From assembly GCA_012295275.1 (NCBI GenBank), contig CM022667.1, forward strand, positions 5,828,001-5,892,000: a stretch of 64,000 nucleotides of DNA. Direction: 5' to 3'. This DNA is from Chrysomallon squamiferum (Eukaryota; Animalia; Mollusca). The position numbers and the translations under genes are program-made. The notes beneath the pieces were generated by a model. That model was not told where the DNA came from, ran no database searches, and saw only the letters and a list, made by a program, of their open reading frames with translations. Below, one piece after another: positions 1 through 34,792 of the stretch; the stretch's first letter is position 1; each line of letters begins with the position of its first letter.

Positions 1-2602
1 ATGTTTTTATTAAAACAAACAGAAAACATAAATAAGTAAATAAACAGAAAGTATATAAACCTGGTTTTATTCTTGATTCTGAATTCTGTTTCTTCCAGAC
101 TCTGAAAGTATAAAAGATTGTTTTTAGTTACTGGTTTTGTTTTATTCATGATACACCTCAGTCCTATGAAAATACAACAGATCTAAAGTGATCTACATAT
201 GTTAAGTGTTTGAAATGTAACTGTTTAGCCCCTTAAGTAATTCAGTACAACTAACATTTACAATTGCTATAGTACTTAAAAATTAATTATATGTACTAAT
301 GAACATAATCTTTTTCATAGCTTCAGAGTGACATTTTAGACAAAAATTATTAATTTAAGTAGAGAACAGTTAAAATAAATACAAGGTGGGTGAAGTGAAA
401 TGAAAAAAGTAACTTAGTACATTTTGAGGAAAATAATATCAAAATCTGAAGAGATGTCTAGATGTCACTGGATACTGTAACTTCATGACAAAATCCTTTC
501 ACTTGTATGCTAATGTCAGTTATTAAAATTGATCATACCCAGTTTACTTTAATTAATTACATAAGTTCCATGACTTTTGATAATGAGGTGTAAGGAAAAA
601 TATTAAACAATGCCAGATTATATTTTTTAATTTTTTAATTTTTTTTATTATTATTACTATTTTTTTTAATATTTGGAAGTGTTTCTACTATCTAGTTTTT
701 ATGTATGGGGGCTTGAGTCTGCCTGGACATTTTTGGGTTGGGAGAGGCTTATAACTTTATCCTGTGTACATGAACCAATGTACATCTCATTTTTGACACT
801 TCTCAACAGTATATCATCTCTTTATTTAGGTATCTTAGTCACTCTGGCTAGTTTCTTGTTACATACGTCCTGTTCAGCCACTAGTTTAATGCAGTACTGC
901 ACATTGATAAAGTTTATTCTCAGGCCTTATGAAGAATGTAATAAAAGGACAAACAAAACAGTCCTGCTGTACTCCTATCTTCCTGGTTGTGGGTCAGAGA
1001 TTGTTGTATTGTTTGACAACTGAGAAGTAAAACAAATCTGGGTCAAAGCAAATATCTGATCTGTAGTGGGCCAGACTTTGTGAACTTCCTAGTTTAAAAC
1101 ACACTTCTTTGTGTCAGCTGCATGTAACTTGAATCATAAATAATCTCATGCAATAGGTGTTTGGTGACTTTTAAAATAGTGTTTCTGGAGAATAGTATTC
1201 ACTACTTTAGGACACAAAGGAATGTTTGTATGAATGCAAGTGAAAGATTAGGCTTTACAGAAATTATCAGTGATGTATGGTTTTGTGTCTGAATGTAATT
1301 ACCTGAAAACAAAATAATAAAATATTTATTTTATTTATTTTACATTATTATTTATTATCTATGTTTAAATGAAACAACAAAAACACACAGTAATAGATAC
1401 ATATGTATATTTATTGTAAAGTGACAAAAGCTCATACAAAGATAGTAAAGATATGAAAACATAAATAGGTGTTTAACAAATCTATTTAAAACATTATAAC
1501 AAAATAAATAAATAAAAACCGGTGTTTACTAGATAAGAAATAACTAGCATGAAAATAACAAAACAATTACTACTTCAAGCATAAACAGGTTAATCACAAT
1601 TTACACATGATTCTTTTAAAAACATTTAATATACATTTTATTTCTTCATTCTTCTTGTCCAAATTTGTAATTCCAAAATTCACAATATAAATTGGAACAT
1701 ACTGAAACGTAAACAAAATACTTGTAATTCTTATCATTAACATTTTTTTAAACATTTATTTTAAACAGCTTCATGTTTTGTTATGATCAGTGATACTCTG
1801 ATTATAAAAACAAATCCAAATTTATCTCAGAAAATAGATAGCACTAAGAATGTTTAAATGTAAAAAAATATAATAATGAAACAATTGTTACAGTAATAAG
1901 CAGATATAAATATAAGAACTACAAACACACACTAAGTAAGAGCAAAATAAAAAAACTTACATTTAGCAAATATGTTACAGAGACCTGCATGATTAAATAC
2001 ATCATGAAACAAACCTGTTAGAATATATTTACTCTTTCCATAACCAACTTTTATAACCATCACTGTAAATCTTTATGTCTTTATATTCATAATAATAAAC
2101 TTAACAAAAATTTGCATTTTTCTATGCATTTCTTTACAAACATTAATAATAAATATAATTTTATTTGTAAACACAAATAATTACATACTGTGCTACTGCA
2201 AAGGCAAAATGGTTAACAGGACGGACACCTAATTATGCATGTATATAAACAAATTATTATCCATTTAAGTTAACAGCTGTTATCATGGCATTCAAATAAA
2301 ACTTATAAAACAAACATATTAGTTATTGAAAATAATAAATTTTTAAAATTGAAAATGGTTTATCCAAATAATTTAGGTTAATTAAAAACATTCAGGATTT
2401 AACATTTTTAATAAAAATATACATTTTACACTCACTAATAAACAACCAGAAAAAAACCTCACCGAAGTTTTGTGTTACTAAAAACTGACTTCAAGTCAAA
2501 GATAAAATTGCAAGTGCTATTCCTGATACATTTTTAAACAAACACAAAATGTATCACAGAATTTAGCAATCCATTACACTACTACTGAGTTCAAAAAATA
2601 TA

Positions 2603-2633
<31 letters not shown>

Positions 2634-3401
2634 AAGTAAAAATAGAGAAAGAAAGAAAATAATAATATAAAATAAATATATATAAAGTTAAATTTCAGTG
2701 TATTTCTAATTAAATACAGTATAAAGTATTCAATATATATTTTAGTCTGGTCTGACTACAATTTAGTTTCATTAACTTAAATTCTGTCTTGAAATTTGTT
2801 AAAAATGATTCTTTCTTAAACAATTATGATTCAAAACAGAAAGCAGAATATTCATATGAATAACAATAAAATTACCATAAAAGCACATGTCAAGGAATGA
2901 TTTCACAAAGTATGTTAAAAATAACAGTAAAATACAGGAGTAATCCTGACCATACTGGATTTAATAAGTGGCTTGATTTTAAATCTTGAACTGCATTCAA
3001 GTTAGAAAAGGTGCAACAATGTAAGAATGTGCACATTTAAAAATGATAAATAATTACATTTTAAAATAATTGTAAAAGTATAAAAAGTCTTGAAACCAAT
3101 CAATTATTGATATTCAGTTTGGGAAAAAAAAAGAAATAATGTATTAATAATTCTCAAAATAGATGAAGATACTGATCTGCCTATATGGAAAACAAATATA
3201 TATATATACAGACATTTTTGGAAATTATTACTTTTTTTTTTCTTTTTTTTAAATTGCTGAACATCCTGTATATATCTATATTTTAAAGTAATTTAGACTT
3301 TTTTCCACAAATCTGACAAAGACACTGGTCATAAAAGTTTGTCTTAAAATTGATTTAAAAACTATCTATATATTTTTTTTTTTAAACTATTTTGTTTATT
3401 C

Positions 3402-3442
<41 letters not shown>

Positions 3443-4682
3443 TTAATTTATTTTTATCAATATTATGACAAAATATTTAACTTTAATTCAGATATATATT
3501 TTATAAAATTTAAATGTAAGAAAATATGCCTGTAACTGATCAAGTGATGTTAAACGTTTCTGATAACAATGACACAAAACTTTGTATTCTGAAAATTACT
3601 TAATTATACAATATGTTGTTAAATTTAGCTATTCTCAGTTTTTTCTGATTCACAGCAGCTGTAATCTACTTGTTTGTGATAATCATTCAGAACATTCACT
3701 TGAATGTTCTTCAGTTGCTAACAAACATTAACAAGAGGAACTTGTGTCTGATTATCAACACCCAGAATAATCTCTTACACTAATAATAATAATAATAATA
3801 ATAATAATCCATTGTGTTTTGGTAATGAATATGAGTACACATGTTGTTGTAATCTAGAAACTAAAAACTAATGACACTTGATTTCACCGGATAATGTTTG
3901 ACACTTTTGTACTAATACAGTTTATATATATCATCATTGTATGACAGTGTGTGTATGGTATGTGGGAACAATCAAATTATCTGGCCAGTGACATAATTAA
4001 TTTTCTAATATATCTGTATGTTAACCATGTATCTTTAATTTTTTTGTTTTAATTTTTTTTTCTTACCACATCTAAGACATTTCAAGTGAGTTTCAACAAA
4101 TACACAAGTATATACAATGTAGAAAAGAGTACAAACAGTAAATCTAGATGATTTAATATAATGTTATATGAAATTTAGAATGGTTGTCCAAACATTACGC
4201 CTCTTAATGTCTAGTGTTAAACAAATTCTCTTACATTACATTGTGTAGTGTCATGTTTAGTTTGTGTTGTCCCATTGAATTGTGATACACATAAGAAATC
4301 AATGTAGCAGTATTTTCACATTAATTATGTTGAGTGGTTGTCCACACCACACTCCTGTCAGTGTCTAGATAAATCTGTAACTTATTTTCTTACATTACAC
4401 TGTAGTTCCATCTTTAGTTTGTGTTTGTGTGTTGAATTGTGTGGTACACAAGAAAAATTACTTTATCATTAGTTTCAAATTAATTTTTAGAGAAAAAAAG
4501 AAAAGGAAAGTCTATGTTTTACACTCACATAGAAACTAAATTCATATCATGTTTTCAGAAATGAAATATGCATAATTTTAATTACAAATCTGTTACAAAA
4601 ATGTCCTCAGTCTGCTTTTGTTGTTAATTTTTCTTCTAATTTTACTTAAAAGTTTCATTTGACATCTTTTTGACAAAAACTT

Positions 4683-26334
<21,652 letters not shown>

Positions 26335-26793
26335 CTGTAAAAAATATATATATTTTAAGAAAGTTTCCAGTAAACAAATAGACAATATCTTTATCAAACA
26401 GAAAGAGAAATTCTATCTTTACAAATCTGTTTAGTAAACATCGTTATCATATTTAAAATATCATATTAACACAGACTGTGTATTTGTTTTCCAGAAAGAT
26501 AAAAGCTCACAAATCAAATTTTAGGAAAAGTGAATCACTTACTGGTGTAATTTGTAATTTACTTTATCATCATTATGGGTCAGAAAGAAGGAATCCTAAA
26601 TGTTTCCTTTTCTGTACAGACTCTTTAAGAAAAGTGACAGTGCAATGTTGTTGTATATATATTTTGTTTCTTCTTAAATGGAATAGAGGACCCATCTTTA
26701 AATCAAAACACAGATCAAATTTTATGATTTTGGTTTCATTAGAACTGTAACAAGCCAATGATTCAAAAATGACTTTGGTTTTGATAGTGGGGT

Positions 26794-26993
26794 NNNNNNN
26801 NNNNNNNNNNNNNNNNNNNNNNNNNNNNNNNNNNNNNNNNNNNNNNNNNNNNNNNNNNNNNNNNNNNNNNNNNNNNNNNNNNNNNNNNNNNNNNNNNNNN
26901 NNNNNNNNNNNNNNNNNNNNNNNNNNNNNNNNNNNNNNNNNNNNNNNNNNNNNNNNNNNNNNNNNNNNNNNNNNNNNNNNNNNNNNNNNNNNN
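26794..26993. other. Assembly gap (200 N)
   Basis: Run of exactly 200 N, typical of a scaffolding placeholder; truncates the 5' ends of genes A and B. Confidence 0.99.
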
Positions 26994-27004
26994 TGTATTT
27001 TCAG

Positions 27005-27259
27005 TTGGTCCAGAAAACATTAAACTGAACAATAGTTCACCAGTACAGATAGTAGAAGGTAAAAACGTGGCTGTTTCGTGTGAGGCAGACTGTGATGAAC
27101 TCTGCACTTACAAGTGGAAGTGTCAGACAAAGGAAATAAATGATGCTGTACTTTCTTTTACACAAATACACAGAACAGAGGCTGGAGTCTGTGTGTGTAT
27201 TGTTACCAATGTAAACACAAACAAGTCAGAAAACAAAACCGTTACCTTGGATGTTCAGT
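27005..27259 (+). CDS. Gene B Ig exon (GPENIKL...VSCEADC...YKW...EAGVCVC...LDVQ)
   Basis: tttcag|TTGGTCC ... GTTCAGT|gtaagt; 255 nt; paralog of 45981-46235. Confidence 0.85.
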
Positions 27260-28591
27260 GTAAGTAAACCTACTGAATTTGAATTTTCAAAAATAATTCA
27301 TGCTTAACATTAATACAGTGTTAAACAATTATATAAATGAATAAAGAAATGAATAATGTTCTTGGTATGTTTTATACACTTATTAAAAACTGAAAAAAAT
27401 AAAAGAAATATTATATAAAAACAGAAAAAAATTAAAAAGCATAAAAATAAATAAATAAAAAAGAAGAAGAAGAAATTAAGAAATAAGAAATGAATAAAGA
27501 CAAGTAAAATGAAAAAAATGAAAATGGAGACAAAATATTTGATTCTAAAATATTTATCAAAATCAGATAGATTCAGAAACTTAACATAAACATATTTACA
27601 CTCATTTCGAAGTTTTCAAATTATCTGAGATGGGAACTTACCTTCTTGAAACACAGATAATTTAAAATAAATAAATAAGTTAAAAACTATTTATATTAGA
27701 AAAAAAAATATATATATATATATATTTTTGCTGTTGCTTACTCCCATTAGTTGATGTATGACAAGTTAGTTATACGATAGAGATGCATATATATATTGGT
27801 TCTATTGTATAATTTATGATGTGATGTCATAAGAATTTCTTATGCAACATGTATTTTATTTTGAATTTGTTGATTCCCTCAATTTAAAAGTTTAATTTGT
27901 TTTGAACATTAGTTTCATGATTATATATACATATGTTTATTTATTTATTTTCAGGTTGATTAACATGACATTCATTTTTTATTTCAGACTCAGAATATAC
28001 AGACTTTGTTTTTCAGACTGATATTATGGAGAAGGTTTTCATTAGTTTTCATGTTGGCCCTATTCTTTATTATATTGTCTAGTAACATTCTTCATCAATT
28101 CATTACATTTTCCTTTATTGACTTCAAACACTTTTGTAAAACCATGACTAATTTCAATCAGCTGATTCCTTTTCTGCCACTGACTCAAAGAGACTTGCTT
28201 CACATTTTGATGTCAATGCTCATCTATTTGAGCATAAATTCAAACCTGTTCAAACCAAATCCACATATTATCAAAGCCCAGTCAGACTATAAAATATCAT
28301 AATCACTTCAGTTTAGATGCATTTAAAAAAAAATCCCAAATTCGTTTTTAGTAACACAAATACAATTTTTGAATGATAAAACCCTTTTCTGCATTTTAAA
28401 ATAAATGTATTCTTTCATCTGAACTGTTGATTTTTTTTTATATCATATAATCTTACAATTCAAAAATTAAAATTGTTAATTAACAACCCAATGAATAAAC
28501 TATTAAAACAATTGTCCACTTCATGAGTATAAACCTTGTTACTTAATACTTAACTGTTTTTAACACAGCACTGTGTTTTTACTTGTTACAG

Positions 28592-28870
28592 ATCAGACTT
28601 CAATAACATCTTTGACTTTAAACTCAAAGTCTACAAAGTTAACAGTTGATGAACTGACTCCTATGTCTTTGAGATGTGAAGTTGACAGTAATCCAGCATC
28701 TTACATCAAACTGTTAAACAACTCACACATTCTACGTGAAGTGAAAAACTCCAAGTCAGTGGAGTACAGCTGGAATGAAGCTGGATGTCTGGATACAGGA
28801 TTTTACACTTGTGAAGCAGGAAACAACATCAAGTCTGATGTCAGTCAAAGTGTGCAGCTTAATGTTAGAT
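28592..28870 (+). CDS. Gene B Ig exon (LRCEVDSNPAS...DTGFYTCEAGN)
   Basis: ttacag|ATCAG ... GTTAGAT|gtatgt; 279 nt; DxGxYxC motif. Confidence 0.85.
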
Positions 28871-30227
28871 GTATGTCACTCTTTATCTTTAATAATATAG
28901 GTTTACTTTGGGGTAATTTCAATGATAGTCATATGTGAATTTTTAAAAGCATTTTGAAAAATCAGTAAACTAAACAATATTGCTATTGTAAAATTGAATT
29001 AATAAGATGAAAAATAAAATAAATAACTTTTATCATGGAAAAACAAAAATAAAAATAAATAATATTTTTGCCATAACAGAAAGATTTATCACAGTCAGTT
29101 TAATATGTTTTATTTATGTTCAGTAATGGTTTATTGTTATATTAAACAATGAAGAAAGTGTATGTGTGAGTGTTTGAGTGTGCGTGTGTGCTGTTGTGTA
29201 ATATATAATGTAATACAGTAATGTATTTTAATATCTTGTTGTTTGAACATATATTGTATTCTAAAGTAACTAAGTAATGAGTTACAAAGTGATATATTAA
29301 TATAGTATTTGAAGAAAAGTAAACATTTAATTATAAAATATGCTTATAAACTGTACACATAACATAATTATTTGGTGTACCAAATCAGATATTGTGTACT
29401 GCTGGGACATGCAGTCTGTTAATTAATAAAGTTTTTCAAAATACACTAGAAAAAGACATTTACCTTACTTCTGACCTACCACATTCACAGACAATAATTG
29501 TTATTAGTGTTTTCACAAGTCCCAAATGTTTAATGCAGATAAAATACAAATAAAGAGAAAAGTCACTATAATTTTATATCCTGAAGTTAATACATGTTGT
29601 AATTAACTGATGTTAGTGATGTTTTAAGTATTTCCTATGAGCATTTTGACAATCCATTTCATAAGTACAACAGAATGAATACTTTAGAAACAAAAATGTG
29701 CTTATCAAATAGTATGCCTCTGGTTACAAAGTGGTAACAACAATTTTCCAAATAAATCAGCTCACTGGTGAATATAAAGGGCTGTTTAGCATTTGTGAAG
29801 AAAACAAATCTAAATCACAAATGGGAAACAAGACCATTTTTTTCATGTCTGTTTTAAACCATCTTTTTTAATTATCATCTCAATAAAAAATCATACTGAA
29901 ATTTCTTTCTTTCAGTTACTTTTTCAGAATAGTTAAAATTGTCACTTTACATTTGTTGTTTACATACAGTTGTATTTTCTGCTAGCAGATACAGAAATTT
30001 ACTGTCTGTATTATGTTTTAATTGTTAAGCTATTATATGACTTGTTGCTTTTCCCACAATACCATATTGCTGAGGCAGTGTCCAATATAGCTTACTGTCA
30101 TTTAGAAAAGTTTACTTAATTTTGTATTTACAGTGTTTCTCCTGAATGTCTTCCTTTTTTTTTTTCAGTTTTGTGTTTTAAATATCTTTTGTTGGCATGT
30201 GAATAATACGGAACTTATTTTCTACAG

Positions 30228-30533
30228 GTTCACCAAGACTGGATCATCGAGTTTCATTTCAGAACAAATTTGCTGCTGTATAAGGTGGAAATGTAACTCT
30301 ACACATTTCTGTGATTGCCAATCCAGTTCCAACATTTACCTGGTATAAACTCACAGATGTAAACAATAAAAGTCTTGGACCTACACAACCTGTACTCACT
30401 ACAAATGTGTCTGCTGTAGGTGAATATAAACTGACAAATGTCAAACAAGAAGATTTTGGAATCTATCAGGTTGTTGTGTCAAATGGAGAATCTAAAACAG
30501 ACCTTGTGGAAAAATTAAATCTCACTGAAGAAG
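30228..30533 (+). pseudogene. Gene B I-set-like Ig exon with in-frame TAA at 30281
   Basis: ctacag|GTTCACC ... GAAG|gtaatt; 306 nt; ANPVPTFTWYK...EDFGIYQVVVSN. Confidence 0.85.
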
Positions 30534-30629
30534 GTAATTACATAATGTTTGGATTTTGTAAAAGCAGAGTAAATATTTTCAATTTTTAAAAAAAATATTG
30601 TCTGGTCAAATGACAAAAAAAAAAAAAAA

Positions 30630-30696
<67 letters not shown>

Positions 30697-31062
30697 TAGT
30701 AATAGTAAGAAAGTTAAAAATCTGTATAAAATGGGTATGTTTTATGTGTCAGAATGATGTTTGTGTGCATGTGTGTGTCAGTCAATATCATTTCTGTCTT
30801 TTGTGAAACTCTTGTTCATTATTTGCATAAATGATATTTGAGCCTGTGACAGATATTTTTGTAACATTTAACTGTTTTCTTCATGAATTAATCTGATTTG
30901 AAAGTTCAAGATTAAAAAGTTTTATCAGATGAAAAACATGATTTTTCTTTCAGAATTGTAGATATTTAAATATTCATGTATTCAGTTATAGTTGAGATAA
31001 ATCCTTTATTTATAATCTTTGAGTATTTTCAACAAACCAGTGATAAAATGTTTAATTCGAAG

Positions 31063-31362
31063 GTCCTCCAACTGTTCCCTCTGATGTGAGAACTTGGAGT
31101 ACTGGTCCACATTCAGTGTCAGTGTCTTGGACAGAAGAATTTAATGGAGGATCACAACAAACATTTCTTGTACAGTATCGAGCAGACACAACATCAGAGT
31201 GGACAAATCTCACTGAACAGTTTGGTGAAAAAGGTCTTCACACAAATCACACAGCAGAGATTTCTAGTTTACAACCAAACACCAGATATCTGATTCGAGT
31301 TTTGGCTTTTAACAAATTTGGATTCAAACACTTTACCAAGGAAAAGGAGATATTATTTTGTG
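31063..31362 (+). CDS. Gene B fibronectin type III exon
   Basis: GPPTVP...VSWTEEFNGGSQQTFLVQYR...LQPNTRYLIRVLAFNKFG; 300 nt, phase 1-1. Confidence 0.85.
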
Positions 31363-31626
31363 GTAAGAGTCAAAGTTTGAATGGAGCTACTGCACTGACT
31401 TAATTTCCCTTATTCTTTCAGTACAGTGAAATATTAATTTAATAGGCCTTTTACAGTAAAACTGCAGAAAACATTAATATTAATTATTATAACTGTGCGA
31501 TTGCTAAATGTTATAATAATTGTCAAGTTACTTTAACATACCATGAGGTACAACTAGAAAATATTGTTCAAATTATATATCAATTATTATTATTATTATT
31601 ATTATTATTATTTGTTGAATTTTCAG

Positions 31627-31746
31627 ACTGTACATCAGAAAAGGACAGATTACTGTGGACAGGAATTGGTATTGGTATTGGAATTACACTGCTTGCAATT
31701 TTTCTTATTGGTGCAGTTATTATTTTAATTCACTGGATTAAAACAA
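31627..31746 (+). CDS. Gene B TM exon DCTSEKDRLLWTGIGIGIGITLLAIFLIGAVIILIHWIKT
   Basis: tttcag|ACTGT ... AAAACAA|gtgaat; 120 nt. Confidence 0.8.
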
Positions 31747-32016
31747 GTGAATATTTTTTTATTTTTTTTTACTTTTTTTGTTTATTTGGTTTTTATTTTT
31801 ATTATTATTATTATTAAGGCACTGCTACATTCAAATGAAATGATTTTATTTTTCCTGTTTCTTTGCACATAATTACTTATATATTTTTCTTTAATTGATG
31901 GTTGTTTCTTATTGTTATTAATATGTTTGTAATTTTATAGTAAATCAGGACTGATAATCTAATTAATGTCATTTCACCTCTTTTACATTTAATTTTGATT
32001 TTTTATTTTATTTTAG

Positions 32017-33075
32017 AGAAGTGTATAACAGATCACGTTTATACACAAAGGTAATTAATATTACATATATTGAGACATCAAAATAAAGATCAAAGTTAAA
32101 CTGATATGAAACATACATTGTTTATCAATACATGTTGAGTTCACTTAATACTTATACAAATTTATTGCTATTTAATATTATTATTTTATTAATTTATTTT
32201 TTAAATCCTTTTATTTATTTTGCTTATTTATTTATCTATTTATTTGTTTATATATTTCTCTTAAAGATGTTATTTTAATATACTCAAAACTAAAATAATT
32301 AAATAATGGGAAAGTTTTGTTTGTTTCAGACAGGTTAACACAGGAGTACAGGAATCTTCTCTCTATGACGATCTTCGGCACAGTCAAAGTCAGTAAAATC
32401 TGTTAGTTTTTAGAATAGAAAAAACAAATAAATAAAAATAATAATAAATTATTAAATAACTGAAAGAGAAACATAATCAAAATCAATATAAATACAGTGA
32501 GTTGTAGTTTTTATTTTATTTTAATTTTTTTTCTTTCGTTTTTGACTTGCTTATAAAAATATAAAATTTAGCTGAAAACTACAGTTTATAATTGCTGTTA
32601 CCAAACCACTCTAAGTCTGCTATTAGGCCACACAGGAAAGACAGACATGATATCAAACTGCTCACTGTAACTATGGTAATAAAATATTTTGTGATTCATA
32701 GATTATCTCTCTACCATGAATATATAATTATGAACTATAAATGGAATAGGCACAATACAAAATCTTAGTTAATATGATCTGTTATATTTTGAAAACCATA
32801 ACTAATCTTTAAATTTCATTCTTTGATCAACACACAGACAGCTATCTTAATTGCTATTTACTCTGTGTGCTGATCTTCCACTACTTCTAATATTACTATT
32901 ATTACTACTACTGTATAAGACATGATGTGCAACTATTACGCATTTGGTTTCAGATACTGAGAGAGATACAGATACTACAAACAATTACTCATCACTGGAA
33001 GCTAGAAAAGACTCACCATACTCTGTACTCACTGTCTATGACAACTCACAAGTCAGAGACAGCGTTGAAACATAG
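32017..33075 (+). CDS. Gene B cytoplasmic exons 32017-32050, 32330-32388, 32954-33075
   Basis: KCITDHVYTQR / QVNTGVQESSLYDDLRHSQ / NTERDTDTTNNYSSLEARKDSPYSVLTVYDNSQVRDSVET*; phases 1-2, 2-1 as in gene C. Confidence 0.8.
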
Positions 33076-33147
33076 ATATATTTGTTTTATTATTATTTAA
33101 TTTTTTTTTTTTTTGTTAAATTTCCGATGTGCTTACATGTTCTTTGA

Positions 33148-33153
33148 AATAAA
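33148..33153 (+). terminator. Candidate polyadenylation signal of gene B
   Basis: AATAAA about 70 nt after the stop codon; the motif is common in AT-rich DNA. Confidence 0.35.
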
Positions 33154-33474
33154 GTGTTATATGTACATGAACATTCTTTTATGAAATAATTAAAAAGTGA
33201 CAGATAAAGTGTTTATATCCTTCCCATTTTAATTCTGATTTTATTTATTATTATTATTATTATTATTTCCCCAGTCGCACAAGAAGGCTACAGTTAGTGT
33301 TAACTCAAAGTCCATGATGTCCTTGGTTTTTTTGGTTTTTTTTTTTTTTTTTTTTTTTTTATTGTTGTTGTTTTGGTTTGATTTTTTGTTTTCTTATATA
33401 TATTTTTTTTATTTGAGTAAAACTTTGTTCCGGAACCTTAGAAAACATTTTTATTTATTTATTTATTTATTTGT

Positions 33475-33521
<47 letters not shown>

Positions 33522-33708
33522 TAATTTTTATTTTATTATTATTATTATTATAATTTTTGTATTATTACTTTGTTTTTTGGTACTGACAATTCTTTACCTT
33601 TTCGCGTAAAAATCCTAGATCAAGTATAACTTTCAAAAACAGCAATTTATGCTTTTCTAATGAAGACGGAGATTATTTTGATGATATAAATCTGATGATA
33701 TAAATCTA

Positions 33709-34067
33709 CAGTGGTACCTCGACTTACGAGTTTAATTCGTTCCGTGACTGAGCTCGTATCTCAAGTTGCTCGTATATCAAAACAAGTTTCCTTACTGAAA
33801 TTAATTCAAATACCATTAGTCCGTTCCAGCCTCCCACTCTTTTTTTTTCCAACGTATTTTTAAACAATGGACATCATCCGCTTCTCCTCAGCACTATCCT
33901 TTGCACTCACTTTCTTACGATCATTGATGAGAAAAAAGAAATTTGGCAGAATGCTGCAAAAAAAAAAAAAAAAAAAACACGCAAACACAGCATAACAGAG
34001 ATGCTTCCAGGTCCAGGTAACTCGAAAAACTTATAACTCGGGGCACGCGTAAGTCGAGGTACCGTTG
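33709..34067 (-). mobile_element. Tigger/pogo-type (Tc1-mariner superfamily) internally deleted element
   Basis: 20-bp TIRs CAGTGGTACCTCGACTTACG / CAACGGTACCTCGACTTACG; TA duplicated on both sides; minus-strand remnant RKKVSAKDSAEEKRMMSI resembles a Tigger transposase N-terminus. Confidence 0.88.
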
Positions 34068-34277
34068 TATTTTGTTTAGTTCCGTGAATAATAAAAGTCC
34101 CGGGAGGTAGACATATCTAATTGGTTTATGTTCTGCGCTGCAGTTACGAGACGCCTTGGACGCATCTAATTGGTTTGCATGTTCTGCTTTGTGGTATGAA
34201 CCGTGTTTGTTTCACCGGCATAGAATGTTGTGTGATATCTGTCATTACACTTCCATTAATTGACTAGGTATCTGTGC

Positions 34278-34308
<31 letters not shown>

Positions 34309-34432
34309 TTTGCTCATATTATGCTCTACCAATTTACTGTTTGGCTCTTTCCCGAGTTTAATTTCTATAAAGTTTTATGTCAAACTGGAAAACTATTTCA
34401 CATTTAACATTAAAGCAGCTGCACAAGTTAGA

Positions 34433-34750
34433 GTGACTTTTATCAAGACGATAAGAGGCGGACGACATTTGTATTACAACCAGCACAAATTTCGTGAAAT
34501 AGAAAGTGTGGAGAGAAAATTTACTGGGTGTATTACGTCGCAATGCAGAGCCTACGTTGTGACTGCGGACAACATGCTCCAGATGGCAGACCAGATACAG
34601 AACAACCACGCGGCGGTGCCATTTATTAAGCATGTTGATGCGTTCAAGGCGAAACTCATGGAACAAGCCAAAATGAAACAACGTCAATTCCTAGGATTTA
34701 CACCGATGACATTTCCAATCTCAGGAAGAACCATGACGTTGTTCCTGACG
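34433..34750 (+). mobile_element. FLYWCH-type zinc-finger remnant of a Mutator-like (MULE) transposase, frameshifted
   Basis: FIKTIRGGRHLYYNQHKF..(shifted frame RKCGEKIYW)..CITSQCRAYVVT...NNH...KAKLMEQAK, then shifted NETTSIPRIY; no DDE domain visible. Confidence 0.7.
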
Positions 34751-34759
34751 GGTTTTTTA

Positions 34760-34792
<33 letters not shown>

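Larger units (their letters stand above)
27005..33075 (+). pseudogene. Gene B: 5'-partial paralog of gene C (3 Ig + FN3 + TM + ITIM/ITAM tail visible) with a premature stop; exons 27005-27259, 28592-28870, 30228-30533, 31063-31362, 31627-31746, 32017-32050, 32330-32388, 32954-33075
   Basis: Exon-by-exon homology and the same phases as gene C exons 4-11; in-frame TAA at 30281-30283 where C has GAA; the remaining frame and splice sites are intact. Confidence 0.8.

Noticed and set aside
673-1023. 116-aa + strand ORF (and 58978..59199)
   Set aside because: No recognisable domain or splice context; the duplicate copy is frameshifted and ends at 73 aa
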